The notes: generated from the letters alone by a model not told the origin. Positions 48,850 through 62,555 are shown, counted from the stretch's first letter. The stretch is 64,000 bases of DNA from Octopus sinensis (GCF_006345805.1 NW_021832564.1:35257-99256); one strand, 5' to 3'. Numbers and translations: made by a program.

Positions 48850-51416
48850 CTCTAAAGTGCTTTGAAGAGAGCTTCAACAAAATCAAGTCCTGACTTCAAA
48901 AACACAACTCTGGAAACATACTATTGGTCGGTGATTTTAACCTCCCTCATATAAACTGGCCCACAAATACTCAGAAGTAAGGCAAATGCTCTACACCAGA
49001 CAAAGCAGCAGCAGAATTACTCTTTAATCTAATGGATAAATTCTTCCTGATTCAGCTTGTGCTCGAACCAACAAGACAGAAGAAAACTATCTTGTATCTA
49101 ATATTAACCAACCACTCTAGCTCCGTTCACTGTATTTCAGTTGAAAAAACTCTCCTCTCAGACCACGACTTGATACTCTGCAAATTTTAATTTCCGGCGT
49201 ATCAAAACCAAACCAGCCAATCCTACTCCACGGCACTCATTTGACAACATAAATTTCCATAAAGCGGACTGGGGAGCAATCAGAAAGGATTTGTCCTTCA
49301 TCGACTGGTCCTTTTCTCTCAGTTCCACTCACATTGAGACCGCATGGCAGCACTTTGAGAACATTGTCACCTATACATGCTCAAAACACGATCCAACGAA
49401 ATCCAGTAACACAAACAGAAACCGGCTCCCTAGAAAGGAAAAAACACTCACCAGGCGCATCAAAAGACTCAATAAAAAAAATCATCCACATTCAACAACA
49501 ATGAAAAGGCTGGAGTTGGAAAAACTTCATCTGCAGACCGACATGAAAACCTCCATTGAAAATCAAAGAGCTGAGGAGAAACAGTGGTTAATCAAAACAT
49601 CAAACAGAAACCAAGTGTTCTACTCTTATGCAAATAAGTATATAACCGCTGTCTCACTCATTGTGCCATTGATCGATGATAACGGCATTCCTCAACACGA
49701 TGCTAAAGAAATGGCAGAAATACTGCAGAAACAATACTGCTCTGTCTTTAGTGATCCCACTGATATTGACGTAAGGGAAGCGAACGAAGTTGATTCCCAA
49801 CATAAAATCTCGGACATAACCTTCACTGCCTCAGACATCAAAGCAGCAATAAACGAGGTCAAATACTATTCTGCTGTAGGCCCTGATAGATTCCCCGCTA
49901 GTCTCCCGAAGGAATGTAGACACCAACTTGCAGCCCCTCTAACTAACCTCTGGAGAAATTCTTTAGACTCAAGCTATATACCGAAATAGCTCTTATCCCA
50001 GTGTCATCCCGTTTTTCAAACAGGGAAACAGATCCCTTGCAGTCAACTATCGCCCAGTCTCACTCACCTCCCACATCATCAAAGTGTTTGAAAGAGTAGT
50101 AAGATCAAGGATAGCTGGCTTCCTGAAGATCCACAAACTCCTAAATGCAAATCAGCATGGCTTTCGCTGTGGCAGGGACTGTCTAACACAGCTCTTACAC
50201 CACATTTAAGATACACTTAAAGCCTTGGGAACAGGTTCGAACTCTGACGTCATATATCTTGACTTCAGTAAAGCGTTCCACTGGGTTGGCCATAATATCC
50301 TACTCTCAAAATTGGCAAATGTTGGAATCCGTGGAAAACTTCTACACTGGATTAAGTATTTCCTGGCGAATAGAACACATGTTGTGGTCGATGGAATCCA
50401 CTCAAGCCCAGCAAAAGTCACCAGTGGTGTCCCTCAGGGGACTGTCTTGGGCCCGCTCTTCTTATTAATCTATATAAACGACCTTTCCAGCGTCGTAAAA
50501 CACTGCAAAGTGAAAATATTTGCTGATGACACTAATCTCCAGAAAATCATCAATGAAGAAGACCGAACCAACTCCAGTTTGATCTATATGTGGTGAGTCA
50601 ATGGGCAAACAAAAACAAAATGCAACTGAACGAGGGAAAATTTGAGCTGATATATCTTGGAAGAAAGACTATACTAAAACAACCATACTCTCTTCCTTCA
50701 GGGAAACTGTTCACAGCATCTAATAATATCAGAGACCTAGGAGTAATTGTTGATAATAATCTCAGTTGGCGAGCCCACATCAACAATAAGGTCAATATAG
50801 CTCGTAGGACGAGCTCCTGGATCTTAAGAACATTCCGGTCCAGAGAAAAGAGGTGTTATCATTCCTCTTTTCTCCTCCTTTGTACGGCCACACCTCGAAT
50901 ACTGCTGCCCCCTGTGGTTTCCCCATACAAAACAAAACATCTCGAAAATTGAATCACTCCAGAAGGCATTCACTAACGAATTAAGGGCATGACTGATCTC
51001 CTTGAAACTCTACTCTCTCCAGCGCCGCCGCGAGCGGTACATCATTTGTACGATGTGGAGAATGTACCGCCAGCATTGCCCAAATGACCTGAACATTAGC
51101 TTCAAGGTTCATCCAACATATGGGATCACAACATATAGCTACACTGCGGCACAATTTCTTTTCCTCAACAGGCCCTGCCCTGTTTAACATTGTCCCAAAA
51201 CTGATCAAAGAGGAAAAGGATCCTATCACCTTTAAACGAAGTCTGGACAAATTTCTTCAAGGAATACCAGATAAGCCATCCATAGCTGGATACAAGGACC
51301 ATAACACAAAAGTTGACTTAAAGGGGATTCGAATAATCCTATCAGGTGGTGCTATTAAGTTAGACATGGCCTGGACCAAACCTTTAGTCGAAACATATCT
51401 AAGTTTATCTAAGTTT
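48850..51416 (+). mobile_element. CR1-clade LINE ORF2 (APE C-terminal part plus RT), 5'-truncated, degenerate
   Basis: LVGDFNLPHINW, GPDRFP, NYRPVSLTS..KVFE, NQHGFR, IYLDFSKAF, SGVPQGTVLGPLFLLIYINDL, FADDT, IRDLGV, LYSLQRRRER; (ATCTAAGTTT)2 tail. Confidence 0.92.
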
Positions 51417-51451
51417 ATATATATATTATGTGTGTGTGTGTGTGTGTGTGG

Positions 51452-51482
<31 letters not shown>

Positions 51483-51519
51483 TGTTGTGTGTGTATGTAT
51501 GCATGTATGTATGTACTAC

Positions 51520-51631
51520 GATGATCCGGTTCTTGACTGAAGACTGAGGCTTCGAATGTCCTGTCTGTGTTTGTTGTATCGTCTTCTAAGTTTTTATGCG
51601 TTCTTGTCTCAGTTTGTATTTTCTACATATC

Positions 51632-51678
<47 letters not shown>

Positions 51679-51806
51679 TCTATATATATATATATTAATG
51701 TAAAAAAATACAAACTGGGACAAGAATGTAAAACATTTAGAAGACGATACAAAAACACGGACGGGACATTCGAAGCCTTCAATCTTCAGTCAAGAACCGG
51801 ATCATC
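51520..51806. repeat. Inverted about 109-bp arms (51520-51628 / 51698-51806) flanking a (TA)n array
   Basis: gatgatccggttcttgactgaaga... is mirrored; roughly 85% identity by eye. Confidence 0.85.
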
Positions 51807-51868
51807 TACGCAATTTCGGCTGATTAATCTTGACGAATAGAATACAAAAATACGTAAAAACAATAATG

Positions 51869-51921
<53 letters not shown>

Positions 51922-51952
51922 ATATATATATATATATTATATATATATATAG

Positions 51953-51992
<40 letters not shown>

Positions 51993-53045
51993 CGTTAATC
52001 AAATATTTACCAAAATGCTGCATCCGCTATTCGTACAATCTCACCCTCACCCCACATATCCACTCACTCACTCATCCCCACACAGCTATCGTCAGTCATT
52101 AATTAACAAGTGGTTAATCTTTAAATCCCCGCAAATATTCTCAGTTATTTCAAAGAATCCTCATATTTATTTATTTTCATCTCTATTGTCATCCACGTCC
52201 ATCATATGCCTGGCATCTGCTAAATCAATTAGAGCCGACCTCTTAACGTCCCAGTCCGCCATCATCACCACCACCACCATCATCCAACGTTCATTTACGG
52301 CCCATCCACCCGTTTTCCATCTCCTTGACCGCACCTTCGTTCCTTACCCAAATACTTATAAAAAAAAACACATCCACACCCCTTCTTCATTGTACTTGCC
52401 CAATCACACACACACACACACACTCACATAGTACCGGGTACATACACATATGTTTATGTGCACGTATGCAATTCGGTACGTACGCACACAGACCTACGTA
52501 CGCTAATTTTGTGTATGAACATACACATACATATGTACACAGGCACATAAGTTTATATGCTATAGCTTAAAAAACATGAAAGGTATTTAAAATGAAAAAG
52601 GAAAATAAACAACTGATAAAAATAAAAATAAAAACATAAAGGATAATAGAAGAAATCAGGAGGAAAGTAAGAGAGAGGGAGAAAGAGAAGGAGATTTTGA
52701 GGGGAGGATTAAGATTTAAAAAAAGAAACAACAGAAAAATAAAGAGGAAAGCCTAGAATTAAGTGATGAAAAAGGTATTTGTGTTGGTATGTGTTTAATG
52801 CATGAGTTGTATTGCTTAGAGAGCGAATAAAACAAAGGGAGATAATTAGATTGAGAAAAGAGAAAGAAAAACTATGAATTAGATGCAAATGAAGACAGTT
52901 GTAGTGATGTATGAAGCAGATAGAATGGGAAATGTTAAGATGATTGGCGAGTAGGAGAGGGGGAAGCAGGAGGTGGAGGATGTAGAAAAGAGTAGAGAGG
53001 GGATCGGAGAAGGGTTATGTTATTTCAATGTATTTTCCAATGTAG

Positions 53046-53303
53046 AAATTGGCAAATGTTGGAATCCGTGGAAAACTTCTACACTGGATTAAGTATTTCC
53101 TGGCGAATGGAACACATGTTGTGGTCAATGGAAACCACTCAAGCCCAGCAAAAGTCACCAGTGGTGTCCCTCAGGGGAGCGTCTTGGGCCCGCTCTTCTT
53201 ATTAATCTATATAAACGACCTTTCCAGCGTCGTAAAACACTGCAAAGTGAAAATATTTTCTGATGACACTAATCTCCAGAAAATCATCAATGAAGAAGAC
53301 CGA
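53046..53303 (+). mobile_element. Internal RT fragment of the CR1 copy (equivalent to 50309-50566)
   Basis: 258 bp, about 6 mismatches, no 3' tail. Confidence 0.9.
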
Positions 53304-53578
53304 TATTGTTGGGAAAAGGCGAACTGAAGAATACTTTTATTCTCATAGTTTTGACTTTTCCCAAGTCTAGTGTAAATGAGAAACGGTGAAGTGTGAAAGC
53401 ATTAAATAGGATTGTTCGTTATTGAATAATGGTGATATACATACATACACACATACATACATACACCAAACACATACATACATTCATACATACATACATA
53501 CATACATACATACATACATACATACATACATACATACATTATATATATATATATATAATATATATATATATATATAAA

Positions 53579-53779
53579 TGTGACCGCGGGTGTACGTTGG
53601 CGATTTTTTTTCCTCTGTCTTCCCTTCTCTGGATCTTTCCTTTCTATATTTCCGACGAAGAGCTCCGCTCGAAACGTTAAACCCTCCTTCTTCCTTCCTT
53701 CCTGAGTGTCCAATAATACTATATTTGTTCCAGGTCCTCGCGTTGTGTGTTTTCTCTTTGAGTTTTCATATTTGGATTA

Positions 53780-53782
<3 letters not shown>
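53579..53782 (+). mobile_element. (TA)n-flanked 204-bp element with minimal hammerhead-like fold at 53647-53683 (core CCGACGA)
   Basis: attt-CCGACGA-a-gagc(tcc)gctc-GAAA-cg-TT-aaac; homologous to 58102-58310. Confidence 0.7.
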
Positions 53783-53856
<74 letters not shown>

Positions 53857-53889
53857 TAGCCTACTTTTCATCGACAGCCGTGATTGTCA

Positions 53890-53928
53890 ACGCTGATGAC
53901 GGGTCGATACCCAGAAACTCGAGTCCGT
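53890..53928 (+). ncRNA. Minimal type I hammerhead-like fold, canonical CUGAUGA
   Basis: acg-CTGATGA-c gggt(cgat)accc a-GAAA-c(tcga)g-TC-cgt; palindromic loop III, GUC cleavage triplet; first stem II pair mismatched. Confidence 0.55.
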
Positions 53929-54358
53929 GTGTATCATAAGTTGAAGACGGGAAGGACGGCTTCCTTTTGCAAATACTGATAGAGCACAGAAAGTGTGTCT
54001 ATAGCCAGCTGGAGGAGGTGTCCTCCTGGGGCTACAATTGGAATATTTTTGATTCTGATATGGCTCGTTCAGAGCTGTCCTGTTGTTTGACCAAAACCAC
54101 TTTCGTTGAATTCAGAATGAAATTACAACAAACCCAAAATTATGGAAAAACTACTCTTATTTGAACTCGGAAACATGAGGTGGCGCAAATACGACCACGA
54201 ATTGGTAGCATCCACGGGAAAGACCTTTACTCTCAGCATCGACACGCAGCGCCATCTACACAAACATACGTCACCGCTTTTCGGAGGAAACAACGTCAAC
54301 AATGTTTGAGAATTTTATCAAAAGAAATCTAATTGATAAAACTTCTGTAGTCTAAGTT

Positions 54359-54459
<101 letters not shown>

Positions 54460-54473
54460 CACACAACACACAC

Positions 54474-54507
<34 letters not shown>

Positions 54508-54647
54508 CACCACACGTACGAACATGCAGACACACATATTTACAAGCAGACGAAACTGTACACACACACGCGTAAATATGTGTGAGTGTAAGAGAGAGAG
54601 AGAGAGAGGCATACGCAAACATACATACATACGTATACATACACTGG

Positions 54648-54975
54648 TAGTGAAGGCGCGTGGCTTAGTGGTTAGGGCATTCGGCTCAAGATTGTAAGGT
54701 CGTGAGTTCGATTCACGGCGACGCGTTGTGTCCTTGAGCAAGACACTTTATTTCACGTTGCTCCAGTCCACTCAGCTGGCAAAAATGAGTTGTACCTGTG
54801 TATTTCAAAGTGGCCAGCCTTGTCACACTTTGTGTCACGCTGAATCTCCCCGAGAACTACGTTAGGGGTACACGTGTCTGAGGGGTGCTCAGCCACTTGC
54901 ACGTTAATTCCACGAGTAGGCTGTTCCGTTGATCGTATCAGCGGGGACCCTCGTCGTCGTAACTGACGGAGTGCT
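54648..54975 (+). mobile_element. SINE family D, full length (tRNA head, CORE-like segment, 3' module shared with family B)
   Basis: ggcgcgtggcttagtggttagg..gttcgattc; ccttgagcaagacactt; tail gtgtcacgctgaat..gctgttccgttgat..gacggagtgc. Confidence 0.88.
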
Positions 54976-55315
54976 TATTTCATTCATACATATACACACA
55001 CAAAGTATACATTCGCACTGTGCACACGCAAAATATATCGAGATACTTTTGCATAACGCAAATTCTAGAATAAACACGGTTACAATTAGCAACACATTGA
55101 TAAACAAACATGCACGTAAGCACACACACACGCACACACAGTCTCGCGCAAATATACACACATGCACTGCGCGTGCACATTGCATATACACATTTGAGCG
55201 TGTGTGTGTGAGTGTGTTAGAGTATGGTAGAGGAAAAAGGAAAGCCAGAGAGAGTCTGAAAGCGAATGGGATTGCGTGCGCGTCTGTGTACGTGTGTGTG
55301 TTCGTGTGTGCATGT

Positions 55316-55381
<66 letters not shown>

Positions 55382-55487
55382 ATATAATATATATATATTA
55401 TTATATATATATATTTTGTTGTATATATATATATATATATCTATATATATAATACATATATTAAATATATATACATATATATATATA

Positions 55488-55527
<40 letters not shown>

Positions 55528-55954
55528 TATATATATATATATATCTATATATATATATATATATATATACATATATATTATATATATATATATATATATA
55601 AAACACTCACATGAATCCGGGTGCGCGCGCACACACACGTATACTTATATGCGCACGCGCTGGGATGAGAGAGCGAATGTAGTAACTAGATTTTCTTTTT
55701 TGCTTTTGTTTTGTCTTTTTTATTTTCATTTTTTTTTTTTCGTCTGGCTTTGTTTAAAGATTTAATGGACGCAGCACATTTGCTTTATTAAAGACAGAAT
55801 TCTGTATTCCAGAAATATGACACTGATCTTCCACACCGCACTATACAAATGGTTATGTGTTTCTGCGAGCGTGTGTATGTATGTATGTATGTATACACAC
55901 AAACACAATTATATATATATATATATATATATATAAATATATATATAAATATAC

Positions 55955-56058
<104 letters not shown>

Positions 56059-56064
56059 ATGTAT

Positions 56065-56118
<54 letters not shown>

Positions 56119-56174
56119 TATATATATATACATATATATATATAAATATATATAATATACATATTATATATATA

Positions 56175-56217
<43 letters not shown>

Positions 56218-57008
56218 GTATATATATAAATATATACATATACATTATATATATATAATATTTATATATATATGTATATATATATATGTATTTAATATAC
56301 ATATATATACAGATATATATATATATTATATATACAGAGATATATATAGATATATAATAGATTATAAAGTACATGTATCTATGTATGTATGTATGTATGT
56401 ATGTATGTATGTATGTATGTATGTATGTATGTATGTATGTATGTTGTGTATGTATAAAATTGATTAAAAATATGGAATGCTTGTAGAACTTTTCAGTCGA
56501 AATATATAACTGGTGCCGGTAAACAGGCCCGATATTGTTCTTCAGAAGTGAAATTAAAAGCAATGAACAATCTAACAGATGTAAGTCACGTGAAAAAAAC
56601 GAGAGATATGTATGAGATCTACGACGAGATAATGTAGAAAATTCAGGTTTCTGTTCCTCCGTTTATAAATGTTCGTTTTATATACATCGTCATCGAAGTA
56701 ACGTGTGATCAAAAAAAAAATCATAAACGATTTATATAGAAAGCCGGAAATGTTGGGAATTCTGTAGAAAGGACTCACTGCCACCAGATTCAGTCTATTA
56801 TTGGTCAAGTCAACACTATACCATCTTTAAAAAAAATGGGAAGAGACTTAGGGGAGAGTTTCATTGTATAAATATATTCTCTGTGGAGTTGTTGCCTGCC
56901 ATCTACGAACTTAATAAATAGAGTTTTAGCTTTATCTAAACCACGATTGTAATATAATTACTGCTCAGAATTGCATCAAGGTAGCAGTCTAGTGGAAAGA
57001 ACTAGACT

Positions 57009-57227
57009 GGTTCGAACTCTGATGTCATATAACTTGACTTCAGTAAAGCGTTCCACTGGGTTGGCCATAATATCCTACTCTCAAAATTGGCAAATGTTGG
57101 AATCCGTGGAAAACTTCTACACTGGATTAAGTATTTCCTGGCGAATAGAACACATGTTGTGGTCGATGGAATCCACTCAAGCCCAGCAAAAGTCACCAGT
57201 GGTGTCCCTCAGGGGACTGTCTTGGGC
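57009..57227 (+). mobile_element. Internal RT fragment of the CR1 copy (equivalent to 50234-50452)
   Basis: 219 bp, 2 mismatches, no 3' tail. Confidence 0.92.
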
Positions 57228-57271
57228 AGTCCCCTGTATTTTATAGGTTATTATATATGTATTATATATAT

Positions 57272-57672
57272 AGCGCAGGAGTGGCTGTGTGGTAAGTAGC
57301 TTGCTAACCAACCACATGGTTCCGGGTTCAGTCCCACTGCGTGACATCTTGGGCAAGTGCCTTCTGCTATAGCCCCGGGCCGACCAATGCCTTGTGAGTG
57401 GATTTGGTAGACGGAAACTGAAAGAAGCCTGTCGTTATATGTATATATATATATATGTGTGTGTTGTGTTTGTGTCTGTGTTTGTCCCCCTAGCATTGCT
57501 TGACAACCGATGCTGGTGTGTTTACGTCCCCGTGCTTAGCGTTCGGCAAAGAGACCGATAGAATAAGTACTGGGCTTACAAAGAATAAGTCCCGGGGTCG
57601 ATTTGGTCGACTAAAGGCGGTGCTCCAGCATGGCCGCAGTCAAATGACTGAAACAAGTAAAAGAGTCAAGAG
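57272..57672 (+). mobile_element. SINE family A, full length
   Basis: Near-identical to 36220-36658. Confidence 0.92.
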
Positions 57673-57739
57673 TATTAATAGGCATTTATAGTTTAATATA
57701 ATATAGACCTAGCTGAATAAAATATTTCGAGGTGTGTGG

Positions 57740-57803
<64 letters not shown>

Positions 57804-58063
57804 GAAATATGTTTACGAAAGAAAAATATAAAATACACGTGGAAAATGTAAGAGTAAAATATGAAAAATCAACGAAATGCATATTGCAATAGAAAAAGGC
57901 TGTTATCACAGGTAGTGACAAGATATACATTTAGAATGACTGAAGTAGTAATACGTGTCATAAAGGACATTATTTATGAGATGATTTTAAGATGATAATA
58001 AAGTAAGAGAACAAAACGAACCAGTAGTTTACGCGAAGGTTATTCATCGTTTATATATATATA

Positions 58064-58101
<38 letters not shown>

Positions 58102-58106
<5 letters not shown>

Positions 58107-58308
58107 ATCCAAACATGAAAACACAAATAGAAAACACAACAACGCGAGGACGTGGAAACAAGTATAGTGTTATTTGACGCTCATGAAAGGAAAAGAAGAA
58201 GGAGGATTTAACGTTTCGAGCGGAGCTCTTCGTCAGAAACATAGGAAAAGGAAAGATCCAAGGAAGGGAAGACGGAAGAAAAAATCGCCCACGATACACA
58301 CTCGGTAA

Positions 58309-58310
<2 letters not shown>
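58102..58310 (-). mobile_element. (TA)n-flanked element with minimal hammerhead fold at 58206-58240 (canonical CUGACGA)
   Basis: gttt-CTGACGA-a-gagc(tcc)gctc-GAAA-cg-TT-aaat; same termini (tgt.accg... / ...tggattaact) as 53579-53782. Confidence 0.75.
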
Positions 58311-58349
<39 letters not shown>

Positions 58350-58351
58350 CA

Positions 58352-58404
<53 letters not shown>

Positions 58405-58409
58405 AGATA

Positions 58410-58816
58410 GGCGAGGGCGTGGCTGTGTGGTAAGAAGCTTGCTTCCCGATCACATGCTTCCGGGTTCAGTCTCACTGCGTGGCATCTTCACCAAGTGTCT
58501 TCTACTATAGTCTCTGGACGACCAAAGCCTTGTAAGTGGATTTGGTACACGGAAACTGAAAGAAGCCCGTCGTACATGTGTGTGTGTGTATTTATGTGTG
58601 TGTGTATTTGTGTCTGTGTTTGCCCCACCCCCCATCGCTTGCCAATCGATGTTGGTGTTTTTATGTCCCCGGAACTTAGCGGTTCGGCATAAGAGACCAA
58701 TAGAATAAGTACTGGACTTACAAAGAATAAGTCCTGGGATCGATTTGTTCGACTAAAGGCGGTGCTCCAGCATGGTCGCAGTCAAATGACTGAAACGTGT
58801 AAAAGAATGAAAGAAT
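58410..58816 (+). mobile_element. SINE family A, older full-length copy
   Basis: Head, body and tail match with more divergence. Confidence 0.85.
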
Positions 58817-59566
58817 AATGCCATTGTCATTAAAAAGAGATTTGAATTTTGATGGCACAAGGCTGACCATGTTGCTAAGGACACAGTGTTACCTTGGTAA
58901 TACAATCCCTCTGCTTCTTACCCTGATTATAGAGCTTAACAAATGTGTTTTTAGTTTGTTTGTTTTTAAGAGAAATATAGCAACAGGTGATTAATGGCGC
59001 TATAGGCGCTATAGCAACATGTCTACCACCCATGAATCATAGAGGCAAGCGTTATCTGGTTAATGACACGTCCACAGTGAGTCGAGTTAGCGAAGCAGAT
59101 TCAAACAAGTTCTGAAGTATTCGAGGGGAAAGGCATGAACATCACTAAATCTTTTTCTTGTTTTTATTTTTGTTTTCTTTTGTTTCTTTCTATTATCGTT
59201 TCCTTTTGCTTCTTTCTGCATCACTAAAAAAATACTTGTTGTGCATGAATCATAAATATTTTAGGGTCACCAGATGACAGAAGTGGTTGTACTTTCCGTT
59301 TAATTTATTGATAATGATTTTTTCCGCTGCTCACAAATGTACAGCAGTTTTGTGCATTTGTTCGGTGATTGTTTCATCACTACTGCGGTGATTACAGTGA
59401 AGGTTGTGCTTCACTGATAACGCTGAAACATGACCGGAGTTATCTCCCGTACTAACTGAGAAATGGGACAGGCTCAACTGGTTAAGGTCAAACAACCGAC
59501 AAGCAAATCTGTGGTGTTGAGCAGAATATTTGCTGTAGCCCATCTTTTATACCATCTTTTACTATT

Positions 59567-59615
<49 letters not shown>

Positions 59616-59676
59616 CCATCACCTTCACCATCACCTTCACCATCACCACCACCACCACCACCACCATCATCATCAC

Positions 59677-59711
<35 letters not shown>

Positions 59712-59948
59712 CCATCACCATCACCATCATCACCACCACCATCATCACCACCACCACCACCACCACCACCATCACCATCACCATCACCATCACCATCATC
59801 ATCACCATCATCATCATCATTATCATCGTCATCATCATCATCACTATCATCGTCACCATCACCATCACCATCACCATCGTCATCATCATCATCATCATCA
59901 TCATCATCACCATCACCATCACCATCATCATCATCATCATCATCATCA

Positions 59949-59982
<34 letters not shown>

Positions 59983-60694
59983 GCTCTTGGTGAAAGAATC
60001 TGTGGCAATATCTGTGACAGTCTTTCTGAAAGTGGTAAGATCGGTGCTATTAACGTTTCACTTAAAATTTACAATTCGACGAATTCTGGGAAGAGATGCG
60101 CAAGGAGAGAATTAGAGAGAGATGACTTTCTGGGGAAAAAAAGAATGTGCATAGTAGTTCGTGTAGGTCCTGGAAGGATTGGACACAATAAGAGTGGTGA
60201 GAGTGAGAAGGTGAGTGAGCGAGGAATATCTGAGAAGATGTAGCACGGAACCAACCGGCTTCCATTAACAGAGGTCGTTGTTTCCGCCCTAGAAAAGGAA
60301 GAGCGAAACAACGGCTCGTCTGTGAACCAATGGTTGGAGTATGTGAATGACTTTATGCAAATTAATTGTCCGGTTATTCTCTGGATGTGATCTAAGATGT
60401 CTGTACAGAGCAACATCAGCTTCGTCTTGGATTTGCGAACAGAAGAGGAATATGGTAGAGGAATGGATTTTCTGGCTCTGGGAAGACTTGTCTTTGAGAA
60501 GTGCATTCGGTAAGAGATGTCTTCAGTGATAGTGAGGTCCAACATTTGGTGCGATCAAAGATAATGAAGTACGATGCTCTCCCCTTTATATATGCAGTGA
60601 CTGAGCTTTTTTTGTGTGTTATATTTATTTATATATTACGAAGATGTACTCGCATAGCAAGTGATTTGATCTGAGATCGTGTGCTGGAACGAAG

Positions 60695-60965
60695 ACAATT
60701 GCAGCGTGGAAGGTGTTTGTAAGCCATTTAAGAAACACACAAAAGCCGTTCGATTCACTTCAACATTTAAGTTTAATTTGTCAAAATATTTTCGTCGCTA
60801 AAATCCGCGACCTGTTCACTGACAAAAATCCGTGCTGCACGTGAACAGGTCGCGGATTTTAGTGACGAAAATATTTTGACAAATTAAACTTAAATGTTGA
60901 AGTGAATCGAACAGCTTTTGTGTGTTTCGTAAATGGCTTACAAACACCTTCCACGCTGCAATTGT
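60695..60965. repeat. Near-perfect palindrome: 125-bp arms, 21-bp spacer
   Basis: 60695-60819 is the reverse complement of 60841-60965 with 3 mismatches. Confidence 0.95.
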
Positions 60966-61301
60966 ATTTATATATCTGTATCGTTAAAGAAGGACATATT
61001 TAGCATGCCATCCATTGGATGATGTCATCGTGGTGTCTGTTGTTAGAAGCCTGTGGAGATTTCATATGCAGTATCGAGGTTTATATGCAGAAGTCTGAGT
61101 ATGGAAGGCTTAGGGGGAATGAAGAATGGTAAAGTAGATGTCAGAATGAGAGTTGTTGGAGGAGACATATGTTTGATGAATAAGACGAAGAATGTAAAGA
61201 ACGGAAGCCGAACCGTGGCGTGCACCAGAGTTGAGAGGGTTGGTAGAAAATTCCAGAAGAAAGACATACAAGAGAGGAAGATTTGGAAGTGGTTTGTATG
61301 A

Positions 61302-61528
61302 GGCGAGCTGGCAGAAACGTTAGCACGCCGGGCGAAATGCCCAGCGGTATTTCGTCTGCGTTACGTTGTGAGTTCGAATTCCGCCGAGATCGACTTTGCC
61401 TTTCATCCTTTCGGGGTCGACAAATTAAGTACCAGTTACGCACTGGGGTCGATGTAATCGACTTAATACCTATGTCTGTCCTTGTTTGTCCCCTCTGTGT
61501 TTAGCCCGTTGTGGGTAATAAAGAAATA
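61302..61528 (+). mobile_element. SINE family C, full length
   Basis: 14-bp TSD ggtttgtatgaggc (61291-61304 / 61529-61542). Confidence 0.92.
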
Positions 61529-62035
61529 GGTTTGTATGAGGCCTACCTTGAGACAGGGTCAGTGTTAGGGATAAGACGAGCATTAGTCTTTTAGCACGTG
61601 AACGTGACATTCAACCTGGCGTATTCCTGAAAAATCAGCCTCTTTTCTTTGAGCGCGTCGTCTCTCACCCAGATTTTTGTTGTCAAACGGACAATTTTGT
61701 TTTTGCCAATTGTTGTATCTCTAAATAAATACGAGTTACGAATTCTGTTCCTTGTTCGCTGGAATCTAGTGAGTTATATTTTATTAGTCTGGTGCTCAAG
61801 TTCCAAATAGCACCAACCGTTGCAGTTACAATGGTTAGTTCCAGGCAAAGTGGCAAATACTGAATTTTCGACTCCAAGCTGAATCATATCCTATCACATT
61901 TGCAATATATGACCGATTTCGATTGGTGTACACGGGGTGCTGGTTGTCCCAGACTGATCACTTATCGATACATTCCATTAACACTAAACCATCATTAGTG
62001 AACCGTTAATATTCATCACGTGATAAACGTTACAT

Positions 62036-62069
<34 letters not shown>

Positions 62070-62555
62070 TGTGTGTGTGTTTGTGTGTGTGTGTTGTGTG
62101 TGTGTGTTTGTGTGTGTGTGTTCTCTTTTGTTTCTAATAGTCAAAATCTTCTACTTTTATATTGAAATCACGAGAAGCCAACTAGCGAGCTTCTAATGCA
62201 GTAGCTCTGTTTGCTAGAAATAGTAACAAAATTTCCCTCAAAGTGTACCCTGTCCTCTTCAAAACGGCACATCGGATAATGAAGTCCCGTCTACACTATT
62301 CCTGGGGAAAAAAATAGAAAATAATCATGGGTTGTCTACTCTCCCTCATAGATCTGCTCCAATGGAGCCGGCTTTAGATATACAACAACGGAATCCCCTT
62401 CCTAGAAACGGCAGTTAAAAATTGCTTAAATCTTACATCAATGTCTTAAAAAAGAAAACATGGATTGGATAATCCATGTCGTACCAAACGACTGGAAAGT
62501 TTTTGATCATATTTCTCCATCTAGGCGGACATGAAGCTAAACAACAATAACTCAC

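Larger units (their letters stand above)
60040..61600 (-). mobile_element. Old CR1/L2-like LINE (RT plus C-terminus), highly degenerate, interrupted by a palindrome and SINE C
   Basis: 60040-60545: ILDHIQR, HSHHSYCVQ, FFF..SSL.NSL..HLFPE resemble a CR1-type C-terminus; 61040-61290 weakly resembles NSGVPQGS..TLF/ADDSTL. Confidence 0.55.

Noticed and set aside
54178-54257. Two CTCF-core-like words (aggtggcgc / gcgccatct) in opposite orientation
   Set aside because: Only 9-bp cores; cannot be distinguished from chance or MITE remnants without ChIP data
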